A stretch of DNA of 64,000 nucleotides from positions 18,472-82,471 of the IMG/VR virus record IMGVR_UViG_3300023179_000069; one strand, written 5' to 3'. The notes under the pieces were generated by a model, which ran no database searches, was not told where the DNA came from, and was given only the letters and a program-made list of their open reading frames with translations. This DNA is from a virus. This document shows positions 39,815-49,317 of this stretch, in pieces. Position numbers and translations under genes: made by a program. Within the stretch, counting starts at the first letter, position 1. Each line of letters begins with the position of its first letter.

Positions 39815-40264
39815 ATGAATGAATTAATTATTAAACTCAGACAACTACAGGCCAATGCCTTTCAAATGTATGCTCAGGCACACGGATACCACTGGAATGT
39901 AGAGGGTATGCTGTTTAAAGAACTTCATGCATTCTTTCTAGAAATTTATGAAGATGTATTTGATTCTATTGATCCAATTTCAGAGAATCTTAGAAAGCTT
40001 GATTCATTCGCCCCATTTGGAGCAGCCGCATGGCATCACAATGCCACAATTTCTATTAATGATTCAGAGGAACTTGATCCAATTACAATGCTTACTGAAT
40101 TATATAAGACAAATGATCTTTTGATTACAGAATTAAAAGACATTTTTAATGTTGCAGATTCAGCAAATGAGCAGGGCATTGCTAATTTTATTGCAGAGCG
40201 CATTGATCAGCATCAATTCTGGCGTTGGCAAATTAAAGCCACGCTTAAAAAAGTCGTAATTTGA
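39815..40264 (+). CDS. dps: Dps ferritin-like protein
   Basis: HGYHWNVEG..LH..FLE..D..E. Confidence 0.93.
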   Translation: MNELIIKLRQLQANAFQMYAQAHGYHWNVEGMLFKELHAFFLEIYEDVFDSIDPISENLRKLDSFAPFGAAAWHHNATISINDSEELDPITMLTELYKTNDLLITELKDIFNVADSANEQGIANFIAERIDQHQFWRWQIKATLKKVVI

Positions 40265-40290
40265 CAAATAAATAATTAATACGCTAATAT
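40261..40290 (+). promoter_or_regulatory. Promoter TTGACA-N18-TAATAT for the tRNA pair
   Basis: 11 nt upstream of the tRNA-Arg-like gene. Confidence 0.7.
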
Positions 40291-40301
40291 AGTTCTTATA
40301 C

Positions 40302-40378
40302 CCCTCCGTATCTCCTGTCGCTTCTAACGACTTGAAAGAGTAATTGGATACATGCAGGTTCGATTCCTGTCGGGGGGA
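40302..40378 (+). tRNA. Non-canonical tRNA-Arg(UCU), D-loop hairpin 3' of anticodon arm
   Basis: Acceptor CCCTCCG/CGGGGGG, GTCG-CTTCTAA-CGAC, T arm GCAGG-TTCGATT-CCTGT; no D arm at the normal site. Confidence 0.7.
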
Positions 40379-40388
40379 CTAAAAACAA

Positions 40389-40460
40389 TGGCGCATAGCT
40401 CAACGGCAGAGCATCCGACTGTTAATCGGAGGGTTGAAAGTTCGAATCTTTCTGTGCCAG
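40389..40460 (+). tRNA. tRNA-Asn(GUU)
   Basis: TGGCGCA/TGTGCCA; TCCGA-CTGTTAA-TCGGA; TTCGAAT. Confidence 0.95.
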
Positions 40461-40472
40461 CAGGGAGAGCAA

Positions 40473-40649
40473 ATGAAACAAAAAATACTTAGATCGTTGG
40501 CTATTGCATCAATAATTTTTATATCTTTTGAACTTTTGGTAACACCAATACTTCAACAAAGATCTCAAATTATTGGTGCAAATCAACTTTCTAATAGGTT
40601 TAAAATTGCCAATTTCGATTCTTGTATCGCCAACCACTTTGACAAATAA
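40473..40649 (+). CDS. Short membrane-anchored ORF
   Basis: RBS GGAG; N-terminal hydrophobic helix; may be truncated. Confidence 0.4.
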   Translation: MKQKILRSLAIASIIFISFELLVTPILQQRSQIIGANQLSNRFKIANFDSCIANHFDK

Positions 40650-40668
40650 TTAAATATTGTGTTAGAAT
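40639..40668 (+). promoter_or_regulatory. Promoter TTGACA-N18-TAGAAT for hsp20
   Basis: Also carries extended -10 TG. Confidence 0.75.
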
Positions 40669-40725
40669 ATAACAGCAACGCCGAAATGGGTTGCATTCTA
40701 ATTACTAGCTGAAAAGGAGTAAATT

Positions 40726-41244
40726 ATGGTTACATATTATAATGAACATAAAGGTACAGCAGATTACAAGAACCCCAAGGATTGGGGTTCATCAGCATTG
40801 AATCCATATGTTAGCTCTAGAGATGATGTTTTTCCTTCTCTAGCATCAGTAACTTTGCCTAAAATGTTAAATAACTGGTTGGGATTCGATTCTCTTTTCA
40901 ATCGTTTATTGACTCTTGATGAAGGTACTACTTCATATCCACCATTTAATGTTATTAAGATTTCAGACAATGAATTTGAGGTTCAGATTGCTGCGGCGGG
41001 ATTCGATAAAAATAACTTGACGGTAACAGAAGAAAATGGTACTCTTATTATATCTGGTGAGAATGATTCTGATAAAGCAGAATATATCTACAAGGGAATT
41101 GGCTTGCGTAAGTTCACAAAGCGTTTTGCATTGTCAGAGCATATGAGTGTCAAGGAGACATGGTACGATAATGGAATTCTTGTCGTATCAGTTATTCGTG
41201 ATGTTCCAGAGGCTTTGAAGCCTAAGACATTTAAGATTAAGTAA
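40726..41244 (+). CDS. Small heat-shock protein (Hsp20)
   Basis: YPPFNV..AGF..YKGI..RKF..F.L..NGIL. Confidence 0.92.
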   Translation: MVTYYNEHKGTADYKNPKDWGSSALNPYVSSRDDVFPSLASVTLPKMLNNWLGFDSLFNRLLTLDEGTTSYPPFNVIKISDNEFEVQIAAAGFDKNNLTVTEENGTLIISGENDSDKAEYIYKGIGLRKFTKRFALSEHMSVKETWYDNGILVVSVIRDVPEALKPKTFKIK

Positions 41245-41262
41245 TGGTCAGGTTATAATAAT

Positions 41263-41293
41263 AAGGTCATGGGTTCAAATCCCATCCCCGCCA
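41263..41293 (+). pseudogene. 3' half of a tRNA (T arm plus 3' acceptor strand)
   Basis: AGGTC-ATGGG-TTCAAAT-CCCAT-CCCCGCC-A; no 5' acceptor strand upstream. Confidence 0.65.
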
Positions 41294-41296
41294 CTA

Positions 41297-41402
41297 GGCG
41301 CTGTCCATTCCATTGAATGGTAACAGTCCCTTGCTGCTGGTAGTAGGGAATGCGCTGTTTAAGCCATGCGAGTGCTTACGCAGACAGCGCCCTACTACCA
41401 GC
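41297..41402 (+). ncRNA. Unassigned structured RNA with possible pseudoknot
   Basis: 12-bp stem 41336-47/41391-402, inner stem 41352-60/41382-90, TAAGC/GCTTA and TGCG/CGCA. Confidence 0.55.
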
Positions 41403-41409
41403 CCCAGCT

Positions 41410-41565
41410 ATATCAGGAAATAAAAGAGATAATATTTCAAGATTGAAAGCAATTAGTAAAAGTGCAGTAATTGAAGAAATAAAAAAATGTGAAGTAAGAT
41501 GTGCAAATTGTCATAGAAGAAAAACTGCAAAACAATTTGGGTGGGACAAAATCTCGCCCCTATAG
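41410..41565 (+). pseudogene. C-terminal fragment of HNH endonuclease
   Basis: EIKKCEVRCANCHRRKT without the N-terminal CxxC/FDH. Confidence 0.65.
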
Positions 41566-41626
41566 CATAAAAGAAATGCACCTGTCTTGTAAACAGGAGA
41601 AGAGGGAGCGTTACCTTCTAGGGGCT
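41556..41626 (+). tRNA. tRNA-Thr(UGU), atypical D and T loops
   Basis: GCCCCTA/TAGGGGC; CCTGT-CTTGTAA-ACAGG; T loop AGCGTTA. Confidence 0.75.
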
Positions 41627-41645
41627 CTTAGGAAAGAAGGTAAAA

Positions 41646-41879
41646 ATGATTGACCAATATTGGTCATGGATGCTCTCCATACTTGGAGGGTTTTCTATTT
41701 ATTTGGCTGGAAAAAAAGATTGGCGGGCTTGGGCAATAACCCTACTCTGCGAATTGCTCTGGTTTATATATGCAGTGACAACAAAACAATATGGTTTTTT
41801 TGTTGGAGTTGTAATCTATGGCGTAATCGGTACTAAAAATTTGGTACAATGGAGACGCGAACATAAGAAAAGAGTTTAA
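41646..41879 (+). CDS. Small PnuC-like membrane protein
   Basis: Three short Trp-rich helices. Confidence 0.6.
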   Translation: MIDQYWSWMLSILGGFSIYLAGKKDWRAWAITLLCELLWFIYAVTTKQYGFFVGVVIYGVIGTKNLVQWRREHKKRV

Positions 41880-41880
41880 T

Positions 41881-42894
41881 ATGAAAAAAGCTTTGATCAC
41901 CGGAATCACTGGTCAAGATGGTTCCTACCTAGCAGAATTATTGCTAGAAAAAGGTTACGAGGTTCACGGAATTAAAAGAAGAAGTTCTCTTTTTAATACA
42001 GATAGAGTTGATCATATTTTTGAAAACTCTCCCAATTTTTATTTGCATTTTGGAGATCTAACAGACTCCACGAATATTATTAGATTAATTAATGAAATTA
42101 AACCAGATGAAATTTATAACTTGGGCGCACAGTCACATGTGCATGTATCATTTGAAACTCCAGAATATACAGCAAACTCTGATGCTTTAGGTGTACTCAG
42201 AGTATTGGAGGCTATAAGAATTTTAGGGATGGAAGATAAGGTAAAGTTTTATCAGGCCGCTACATCAGAAATGTATGGTCTTGTTCAGGAAACGCCACAA
42301 ACTGAGAAAACTCCATTTTATCCCCGCTCACCATATGGAGTTGCCAAGTTATATGGATATTGGATTACAAAAAATTATAGAGAATCATACAACATGTATG
42401 CCTGTAGTGGAATTCTTTTTAATCACGAATCTCCAAGGCGTGGTGAAACATTTGTAACTCAAAAAATTGTAATGGGTCTCAGAACAATTTCTGAAGGAAA
42501 ACAAAAAGTTTTAGAACTAGGAAATCTTAATGCTTTAAGAGACTGGGGACACGCAAAAGATTTTGTTCGCGCAATGTGGCTAATGCTTCAGCAAGAAAAA
42601 CCAGAGGATTTTGTAATTGCTACGGGAGAACAATATTCTGTTAAGCAATTTGTAGAAGCTTGCGCTCCTTATTTTGGAATGAATATTGAATGGCGCGGAG
42701 AAGGCTTGGATGAAATCGGATTTGATACAATTTCAGGAAAAGAAATAATTAAAGTTAATCCGAAGTATTTTAGGCCAGCGGAGGTTGATACTCTATTGGG
42801 AGACCCTTCATATGCAAAAGAAAAAATTGGCTGGGAGCCGGAAATTACTTTTGATGAACTAGTAAAGGATATGTGTGAAAATGGATCTTTCTAG
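41881..42894 (+). CDS. gmd: GDP-mannose 4,6-dehydratase
   Basis: [33 protein letters not shown]. Confidence 0.97.
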   Translation: MKKALITGITGQDGSYLAELLLEKGYEVHGIKRRSSLFNTDRVDHIFENSPNFYLHFGDLTDSTNIIRLINEIKPDEIYNLGAQSHVHVSFETPEYTANSDALGVLRVLEAIRILGMEDKVKFYQAATSEMYGLVQETPQTEKTPFYPRSPYGVAKLYGYWITKNYRESYNMYACSGILFNHESPRRGETFVTQKIVMGLRTISEGKQKVLELGNLNALRDWGHAKDFVRAMWLMLQQEKPEDFVIATGEQYSVKQFVEACAPYFGMNIEWRGEGLDEIGFDTISGKEIIKVNPKYFRPAEVDTLLGDPSYAKEKIGWEPEITFDELVKDMCENGSF

Positions 42895-43816
42895 TAAAAT
42901 TTTTGTAGCAGGACACAATGGCATGGTCGGATCGGCAATTATTAGAAAACTAAAAGCACTAGGGTATAAAAATGTTTTAGGTGTGCCAAAGAGTATTGTT
43001 GATTTGAGAAGTCAATCTGCAGTTGAATCGTGGTTCTCTTATAATAAACCAGAATATGTTTTTCTAGCAGCTGCAAAAGTTGGCGGTATTCTAGCTAATA
43101 GTACTTATCCAGCAGATTTTATCCGTGACAATATTCTAATTCAAACTAATGTTATTGATGCTGCTTATCGTCATGGTGCTAAAAAACTTTTGTTTTTAGG
43201 TTCATCTTGTATTTATCCTAAATTTGCAGAACAACCAATTAAAGAAGAATATTTATTCTCTAATTATCTTGAATCTACAAACAAAGCCTATGCCATTGCT
43301 AAAATCGCGGGCATCGAAATGTGCAACTCATACAGAAAACAGCATGGATTTAATGCTATTTCTGCAATGCCTACAAATCTTTATGGACCCAATGACAATT
43401 TTGATCCGGAATCAAGTCATGTTATTCCGGGGTTGATTCGTAAATTTCTAGATGCAAAAGAAAAAAAAGTCAATCCTGAAGTTTGGGGAACTGGAACTCC
43501 AATGAGAGAGTTTCTTTATGTTGATGATCTTGCAGATGCTTGCGTATTCTTAATGAATAATTATGACGAAGAAGAGCATATTAATGTTGGTTCGCCTGAT
43601 GAAGTATCAATTAAAGAGTTGATAGATATGATTCAAGAAAAAATTGGTTGTTCAGAACCCGTATGGAATATTAGCAAGCCCGATGGAACGCCTAGAAAAA
43701 AGATGGATACAAGTAAGATAGAATCTATGGGCTGGCACCGCAAGATTGATCTTAGTACAGGTTTAGATTTAACAATAGATTGGTATTTTAAAAATAAAAA
43801 GGAGACGGAAATATGA
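42881..43816 (+). CDS. fcl: GDP-L-fucose synthase
   Basis: [27 protein letters not shown]. Confidence 0.96.
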   Translation: MDLSSKIFVAGHNGMVGSAIIRKLKALGYKNVLGVPKSIVDLRSQSAVESWFSYNKPEYVFLAAAKVGGILANSTYPADFIRDNILIQTNVIDAAYRHGAKKLLFLGSSCIYPKFAEQPIKEEYLFSNYLESTNKAYAIAKIAGIEMCNSYRKQHGFNAISAMPTNLYGPNDNFDPESSHVIPGLIRKFLDAKEKKVNPEVWGTGTPMREFLYVDDLADACVFLMNNYDEEEHINVGSPDEVSIKELIDMIQEKIGCSEPVWNISKPDGTPRKKMDTSKIESMGWHRKIDLSTGLDLTIDWYFKNKKETEI

Positions 43817-44364
43817 TTTCAAGGCAAAAATTAATTGATGCATTAGATAAGAATTCTGATAAGGTTAAATATCATGGATATCATAATGTTTACGCAGAAT
43901 CTCTGCCAGAAAAGGTTGATGTTCTATTAGAAATAGGAATTTCAATTGATGGTAGCAACAAATCTTCACTGAATGGATGGTCTCAAATTTATCCCAAAGC
44001 TGAAATTATTGGATTAGACAATGATGATTCAAAGCTAATAAATAGAGATAACATTAAAAGTTATTTAGTTGATCAATCTAGTGCTGATAGTTTGTCTAAG
44101 TTTCTTGATGAATGGTCAGGTCAGGCTGATGTAATTATTGATGATGGATCTCATAATATCAATGATTATCTATTAACTTATTCAATGTTTATTTCAAGAT
44201 TGAAAAAAAATGGAGTATATTTTATTGAAGATATCTGGAGTGGGAGCGTACTAGAAGAAGTTAAGTCTTTTTTTGCAAATTTTGAAGACATTGAATGTAT
44301 ATATCATGATAGAACATCAACAAATAATCCAGACTCAATCATATTAGAGATTAGGAAAAAATGA
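43813..44364 (+). CDS. SAM-dependent sugar O-methyltransferase
   Basis: LEIG, DQS, IIDDGSH, GVYFIED. Confidence 0.85.
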   Translation: MISRQKLIDALDKNSDKVKYHGYHNVYAESLPEKVDVLLEIGISIDGSNKSSLNGWSQIYPKAEIIGLDNDDSKLINRDNIKSYLVDQSSADSLSKFLDEWSGQADVIIDDGSHNINDYLLTYSMFISRLKKNGVYFIEDIWSGSVLEEVKSFFANFEDIECIYHDRTSTNNPDSIILEIRKK

Positions 44365-45062
44365 GAATATCATATTGCTCTTTTGCTGATGAAAAATTTA
44401 AAGAAATACAAAAAATTCAAGATGTAAATGCTAAAGTTGCAAGATTTGATAATAATTTTTTGTACACCAAAGATTGGCTAATTCAAACAGATTTTTATGA
44501 AAAAAATAAAAATATTCTAGATAAAAAAAGAAATGCAGGTCACTGCGCTTGGAAGCCTTACATAATTTTAGATGCTCTAAATAAAATAGAAGATGATGAA
44601 TATCTAGCATATTTTGATTGTGGAGATTATTTTTCAGATAATATAAAAAATTTATTTAAAAATATTCTTTCGGAAAAAGATATAATTCTTGTTTTAAATG
44701 GTTTCTCACACTCTTCTTATACAAAAATGGATTGTTTTTTTTACATGAATTGTTTTGAAGAAAAATATTTTAATGCATTTCAATTAGAAGCAGGAATAAT
44801 TGTACTAAAAAAAAATAATTTTAATATAAATTTGATGAAAGAATGGCTTGAATATTGTTGTGATGAAATAGTTAATGGAGATTATTCAGAAAAAGATGGA
44901 AACATTTGTAAGATTAGTAATGATTCAAATTTTATTCAACATCAACTTGATCAATCAATTTTAACAAATTTACAAATAAAGTATAACATTCCTACAGTAA
45001 GAATAGAAACTTTTGCTGGAGATATATTTTATAATTTTTATTGTCCGGAAAGTGAGATTTAA
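44361..45062 (+). CDS. Putative glycosyltransferase
   Basis: WKPYII..YFDCG..EAG..DQSIL. Confidence 0.6.
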   Translation: MRISYCSFADEKFKEIQKIQDVNAKVARFDNNFLYTKDWLIQTDFYEKNKNILDKKRNAGHCAWKPYIILDALNKIEDDEYLAYFDCGDYFSDNIKNLFKNILSEKDIILVLNGFSHSSYTKMDCFFYMNCFEEKYFNAFQLEAGIIVLKKNNFNINLMKEWLEYCCDEIVNGDYSEKDGNICKISNDSNFIQHQLDQSILTNLQIKYNIPTVRIETFAGDIFYNFYCPESEI

Positions 45063-45067
45063 ACATA

Positions 45068-46153
45068 ATGATTCCTATATATAAACCTTCAATATCACAA
45101 AAAGAAAAAGAATATGTAAATGATTGCTTGGACACTGCTTGGATATCATCCAGAGGTAAATATGTTAATTTATTCGAAGAAAAATTTGCAAAAATATTAG
45201 GAGTAAAGCATGCAACATCTGTGTGTAATGGAACTGTAGCTTTACATTTAGCTTTAATATCATTAGGGATAAAAGAGCGAGACGAGGTTATTGTTCCAAC
45301 ATTAACTTATATAGCATCAGTCAATTCAATTCTTTATACAGGCGCAACCCCAGTTTTTGTTGATTCTTTAGAAGATTCATGGCAAATGAATCCTGAAGAT
45401 ATAGAAAGAAAAATAACAAGTAAGACAAAGGCTATAATGGTCGTACATTTATATGGTCAGTCTTGTGACATGAAAAGTATTATGGAAATTGCCAAGCGTT
45501 ACAATCTTTTTGTCATAGAAGATTGTGCAGAGGCTGTAGGAACAAAATTTAAAAATAATTATGTAGGGACATTTGGCGATGTTGCTACCTTCAGCTTTTT
45601 TGGGAATAAAACCATAACGACTGGTGAAGGCGGGATGGTTGTAAGTAATAATGAAAATATAATTTCAAGGGCTAAGCATTTAAAGGGTCAGGGATTAGCC
45701 AAGCATAGACAATATTGGCATGATGTTGTCGGATATAATTATAGAATGACAAATATTTGTGCAGCAATAGGTCTGGCTCAACTTGAAAGATTAGATGAAT
45801 TTATAGATAAAAAAAGAAATATTGCTAATTTTTACAAAAAATCTTTTTTAAATACAGAATATACCTTTCATCAAGAAATACCCAATACTTTACATAGCTA
45901 TTGGATGTGTAGCATTTTACTGCCTGAAAGAATAAACAGGGATGACTTTAGAGAATATCTTGATGAATGTGGAATAGAGACCAGACCCTTGTTTTATCCA
46001 ATTCATACAATGCCTATGCATTATGATAAATATGAAAATCATCCAATTGCAGAAAAAATAAGTAAAATGGGAATAAATATTCCTAGCTATCCAGATCTTA
46101 ATCAAAGTGAATTGCAATATATTGTAGATTGTATACTTAAATATGAAGTATGA
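45068..46153 (+). CDS. per: GDP-perosamine synthase-like DegT aminotransferase
   Basis: NGTVALH, IEDCAE, SFFGNKTITTGEGG, GYNYRM. Confidence 0.88.
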   Translation: MIPIYKPSISQKEKEYVNDCLDTAWISSRGKYVNLFEEKFAKILGVKHATSVCNGTVALHLALISLGIKERDEVIVPTLTYIASVNSILYTGATPVFVDSLEDSWQMNPEDIERKITSKTKAIMVVHLYGQSCDMKSIMEIAKRYNLFVIEDCAEAVGTKFKNNYVGTFGDVATFSFFGNKTITTGEGGMVVSNNENIISRAKHLKGQGLAKHRQYWHDVVGYNYRMTNICAAIGLAQLERLDEFIDKKRNIANFYKKSFLNTEYTFHQEIPNTLHSYWMCSILLPERINRDDFREYLDECGIETRPLFYPIHTMPMHYDKYENHPIAEKISKMGINIPSYPDLNQSELQYIVDCILKYEV

Positions 46154-46544
46154 ATTTAATGTGCAGTATTCAGACATTGTATCTTTACTTGAATTAGATC
46201 CCGATGTTAAAAAAACATTTAGGTACTATGAAAAAAGAAAAAAAGATTCAATGAAAAATCATATTGTTAATTTTTTTTTAAAGGAAAACGAAGAAGTCAT
46301 TGGCTATGGTCACTTAGACTTTGAAGAAAAATTATGGCTTGGAATGTTTGTTTTTAAAAAGTTTTCAGGCAAAGGATATGGTAAAATAATACTTGAAAAA
46401 CTTATTGAATATGCAAAGCAAGACATATATTTATCTGTAGATAAAGATAATATTGCAGCTATAAATTTGTATTTAAGTCATAATTTCAAAATATATAGTC
46501 AAACAGACAATATTTTTTATTGCGTAAGGAGAGAAAATGTCTGA
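46143..46544 (+). CDS. GNAT acetyltransferase
   Basis: GKGYG..N..AINLY..F. Confidence 0.85.
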   Translation: MKYEFNVQYSDIVSLLELDPDVKKTFRYYEKRKKDSMKNHIVNFFLKENEEVIGYGHLDFEEKLWLGMFVFKKFSGKGYGKIILEKLIEYAKQDIYLSVDKDNIAAINLYLSHNFKIYSQTDNIFYCVRRENV

Positions 46545-46845
46545 CACTCTAGGTTCTTTGATTGACAAATTAGTTACAGTTGATATGAAAATGTGGGATA
46601 ATCAAGAAATTTTATATGAAATTAGAAAAATGTCTTTTGATGATTATAAAGAAAAATACTTTAATGATGTAAGCGGTGCAAAGATTTTGTGGGAAACACT
46701 AAAAAAAGCCACAGATTTAAATGTTCAACGCAATCAGATAATTGATGAGGTTGATCAAAAGATTGTTGAAATGATTTCTGCTCTTAAGTCCGGAGAGGAA
46801 CTTGATAAAGGTAAATTCATTCAAAGAAAACATAAGACATACTAA
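46537..46845 (+). CDS. DUF4254-like helical protein
   Basis: TLGSLIDKL..LNVQRNQIIDEVD. Confidence 0.55.
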   Translation: MSDTLGSLIDKLVTVDMKMWDNQEILYEIRKMSFDDYKEKYFNDVSGAKILWETLKKATDLNVQRNQIIDEVDQKIVEMISALKSGEELDKGKFIQRKHKTY

Positions 46846-46854
46846 GGATTATTT

Positions 46855-47715
46855 ATGCAAAAAATTATTTTTTACAATCACTATCACAATGGCGATATAT
46901 TTTTGTCAAAGCCATATATTAAGCATATAATGGATTTAATGCCTGAAGTTGATTTTTTTTATTTTCATAAAAATAATCAAAAAATTATTTTAGATTTAAA
47001 TATTAAACAAAAAAACTTAAATGATTTTTATATTAATGATAATTTACAATCATTTGTTGAAAATGATATTCTTTTTATCAACACACATATAGGTCGTTAT
47101 TTTCCCGAAATAGAAGATGCAGAATGCAACTGGATAACAACGCATAAAGTTTATGAAAAAATATATAAAACAATTTCTGAGCATTTTTCTGTTGAATTAA
47201 AAACAAAAAATATGAGAGATTATTTATATGAAGTTGATTATAGATTTTATGATATTCCTAAAAATTTAAATTTAGATTATTCAAAAACTTTTATAATTTC
47301 AAATGGACCTGTTCACTCCGGTCAATCTAATCTTAATTCTTTAGATTTTTTAATTGAATATTTGGCAAATAAGTACGAAGATATTACATTTATTTTAACT
47401 CATAAAACTAATATTGCTGCTAATAATATTTTGTACACAGATGATTTGATTGAAACAAATGGTTCAGATTTAAATGAAATTGTGTATATAGCAGATAAAC
47501 ATTGTAAATATATAATGGGAAGACAATCAGGACCTTTTACCTTTATGGGTACAGATTCAATTTTAAACAATAAGAATAAAGTTATTTTTTCTTTAAGGCA
47601 TAACAGAAATTGTGAATTTTTGTATAACTTAAAGGCAGAAAGTAAATATTTTTCTATTTTAGATACAGATATAAATTATATTTTTGATATAATTGAAAAA
47701 AATATAGGTGGTTAA
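46855..47715 (+). CDS. Putative GT-B glycosyltransferase
   Basis: HNGD at N-terminus; GRQSGP late. Confidence 0.5.
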   Translation: MQKIIFYNHYHNGDIFLSKPYIKHIMDLMPEVDFFYFHKNNQKIILDLNIKQKNLNDFYINDNLQSFVENDILFINTHIGRYFPEIEDAECNWITTHKVYEKIYKTISEHFSVELKTKNMRDYLYEVDYRFYDIPKNLNLDYSKTFIISNGPVHSGQSNLNSLDFLIEYLANKYEDITFILTHKTNIAANNILYTDDLIETNGSDLNEIVYIADKHCKYIMGRQSGPFTFMGTDSILNNKNKVIFSLRHNRNCEFLYNLKAESKYFSILDTDINYIFDIIEKNIGG

Positions 47716-48531
47716 ATGTTTTTAGCAAATCATTATGGCATAGAAGGTTGGGGCGGGGACCCAGAAATGAACTTTCCCGTTCAAGTTAGTATAAGCTATG
47801 ATACTTTTTCATATAATCAAGATGCAGATTTCAAAGTATTAGTACTACTAGAGCCGACTGATATTCTTGCAAATTACAGAAATCAAATCTATGAACTTAA
47901 TATTTGTAATCAAGATTTAATCAATTATGTAAATAATAATTTTGATCTAGTTCTGTGCTGGAATGAAAAACTATTGAATTTTTTGACTAAATCTAAAAAG
48001 TTACCGTATGGCGAATGCTTTCTTGATTTAAATAAAATTAATTATGAAAAGAAAAATAAAATATCATACTTAACATCAAGTAAAACAATGACGGTAGGAC
48101 ATAATTTTAGGCATGAAATTTACAATGCTTTATCGGGCATAAATAATATTAATGAATTTGAATATGTACAACATATGAGCCCGCCCAGACTAGAGACAAA
48201 GAATGAAATACTAAATGATTCTAAGTTTTCTATTATATTAGAAAACAGTAGGCATAATAACTATTTTACTGAAAAAATTATTGATTGCTTTATTTCAAAA
48301 ACAATACCAATATACTGGGGATGCAGTAACATTGACGAATATTTTAATATGGATGGCATAATACTTTTTAATGATACAAATAATTTATTTGAAATATTAG
48401 CGGGCATAACTCCAGAGCTATATGATGAAAAAATTCAAGCCATAGAGGATAATTTTAATCGGGCTCAGCAATTCTTTCCAGTTTTTAAAAAAATAGAAGA
48501 AAAAATCAATGAATGCCTTGGAGCAAAATAA
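47716..48531 (+). CDS. GT10-like alpha-1,3-fucosyltransferase
   Basis: KFSIILENS..YFTEKIID..IPIYWG. Confidence 0.8.
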   Translation: MFLANHYGIEGWGGDPEMNFPVQVSISYDTFSYNQDADFKVLVLLEPTDILANYRNQIYELNICNQDLINYVNNNFDLVLCWNEKLLNFLTKSKKLPYGECFLDLNKINYEKKNKISYLTSSKTMTVGHNFRHEIYNALSGINNINEFEYVQHMSPPRLETKNEILNDSKFSIILENSRHNNYFTEKIIDCFISKTIPIYWGCSNIDEYFNMDGIILFNDTNNLFEILAGITPELYDEKIQAIEDNFNRAQQFFPVFKKIEEKINECLGAK

Positions 48532-49317
48532 ATGTTATCTATAAATAATATCGGCAAGAATGGTCGTTTAGGAAATCAATTATTTCAGCTATCATCTCTT
48601 ATTGGAATTGCAAATAATTTAAATTATGATTGGGTTGTTCCGCCAGAATATCATGCCAACGATCCATTAAGCAATATATATCAATGTTTTGATATGGATA
48701 TTGATATAACAAAAAAAATACTTTCTAGTCCAACACAAACATTTGAAGAAAGACATTATCATTTTGATGAAGAGTTGTATGAAAACTGTTTAGACAATAC
48801 AGATTTAAATGGTTATTTTCAATCATATAAATATTTTCAAGAGTATCGTCAACAAATACTTGAATTATTTAAATTTAAAGATCATATTATAAATCAAGGA
48901 AATGAAATATTATTAAATTTTAATTCACAAAAAAATGTTGCAATACATGTAAGAAGAACTGATTACACACAACTCGCGTCATGGCATACAAATCTAGGTC
49001 CGGAATATTATGCAGAAGCACTTAAGCATTTTCCGGAACACAAAAAAATTGTAATATCTGATGATATTGGTTGGTGTATGTCTCAAGAAATATTTAATGA
49101 TGCATATTTTGTTAAAACCGGGAACCCATATGTTGATTTATATATTATGACCATGTGTGACAATAACATAATTGCTAACAGTTCGTTTTCTTGGTGGGGC
49201 GCGTGGCTTAACAAAAAAAATGATAAAATTGTAGTTGCTCCAAGTAATTGGTTTGGACCAAGTAATTCTCACAATAATATAAAAGACTTAATTCCTGAAG
49301 AATGGATAAAAATATGA
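48532..49317 (+). CDS. GT11 alpha-1,2-fucosyltransferase
   Basis: GRLGNQLFQ, GYFQ, HVRRTDY, SDD, ANSSFSWW. Confidence 0.92.
   Translation: MLSINNIGKNGRLGNQLFQLSSLIGIANNLNYDWVVPPEYHANDPLSNIYQCFDMDIDITKKILSSPTQTFEERHYHFDEELYENCLDNTDLNGYFQSYKYFQEYRQQILELFKFKDHIINQGNEILLNFNSQKNVAIHVRRTDYTQLASWHTNLGPEYYAEALKHFPEHKKIVISDDIGWCMSQEIFNDAYFVKTGNPYVDLYIMTMCDNNIIANSSFSWWGAWLNKKNDKIVVAPSNWFGPSNSHNNIKDLIPEEWIKI

Noticed and set aside
41350-41565. 71-aa ORF as a complete gene
   Set aside because: Its 5' part is read through the RNA stem; only the 3' part resembles HNH.
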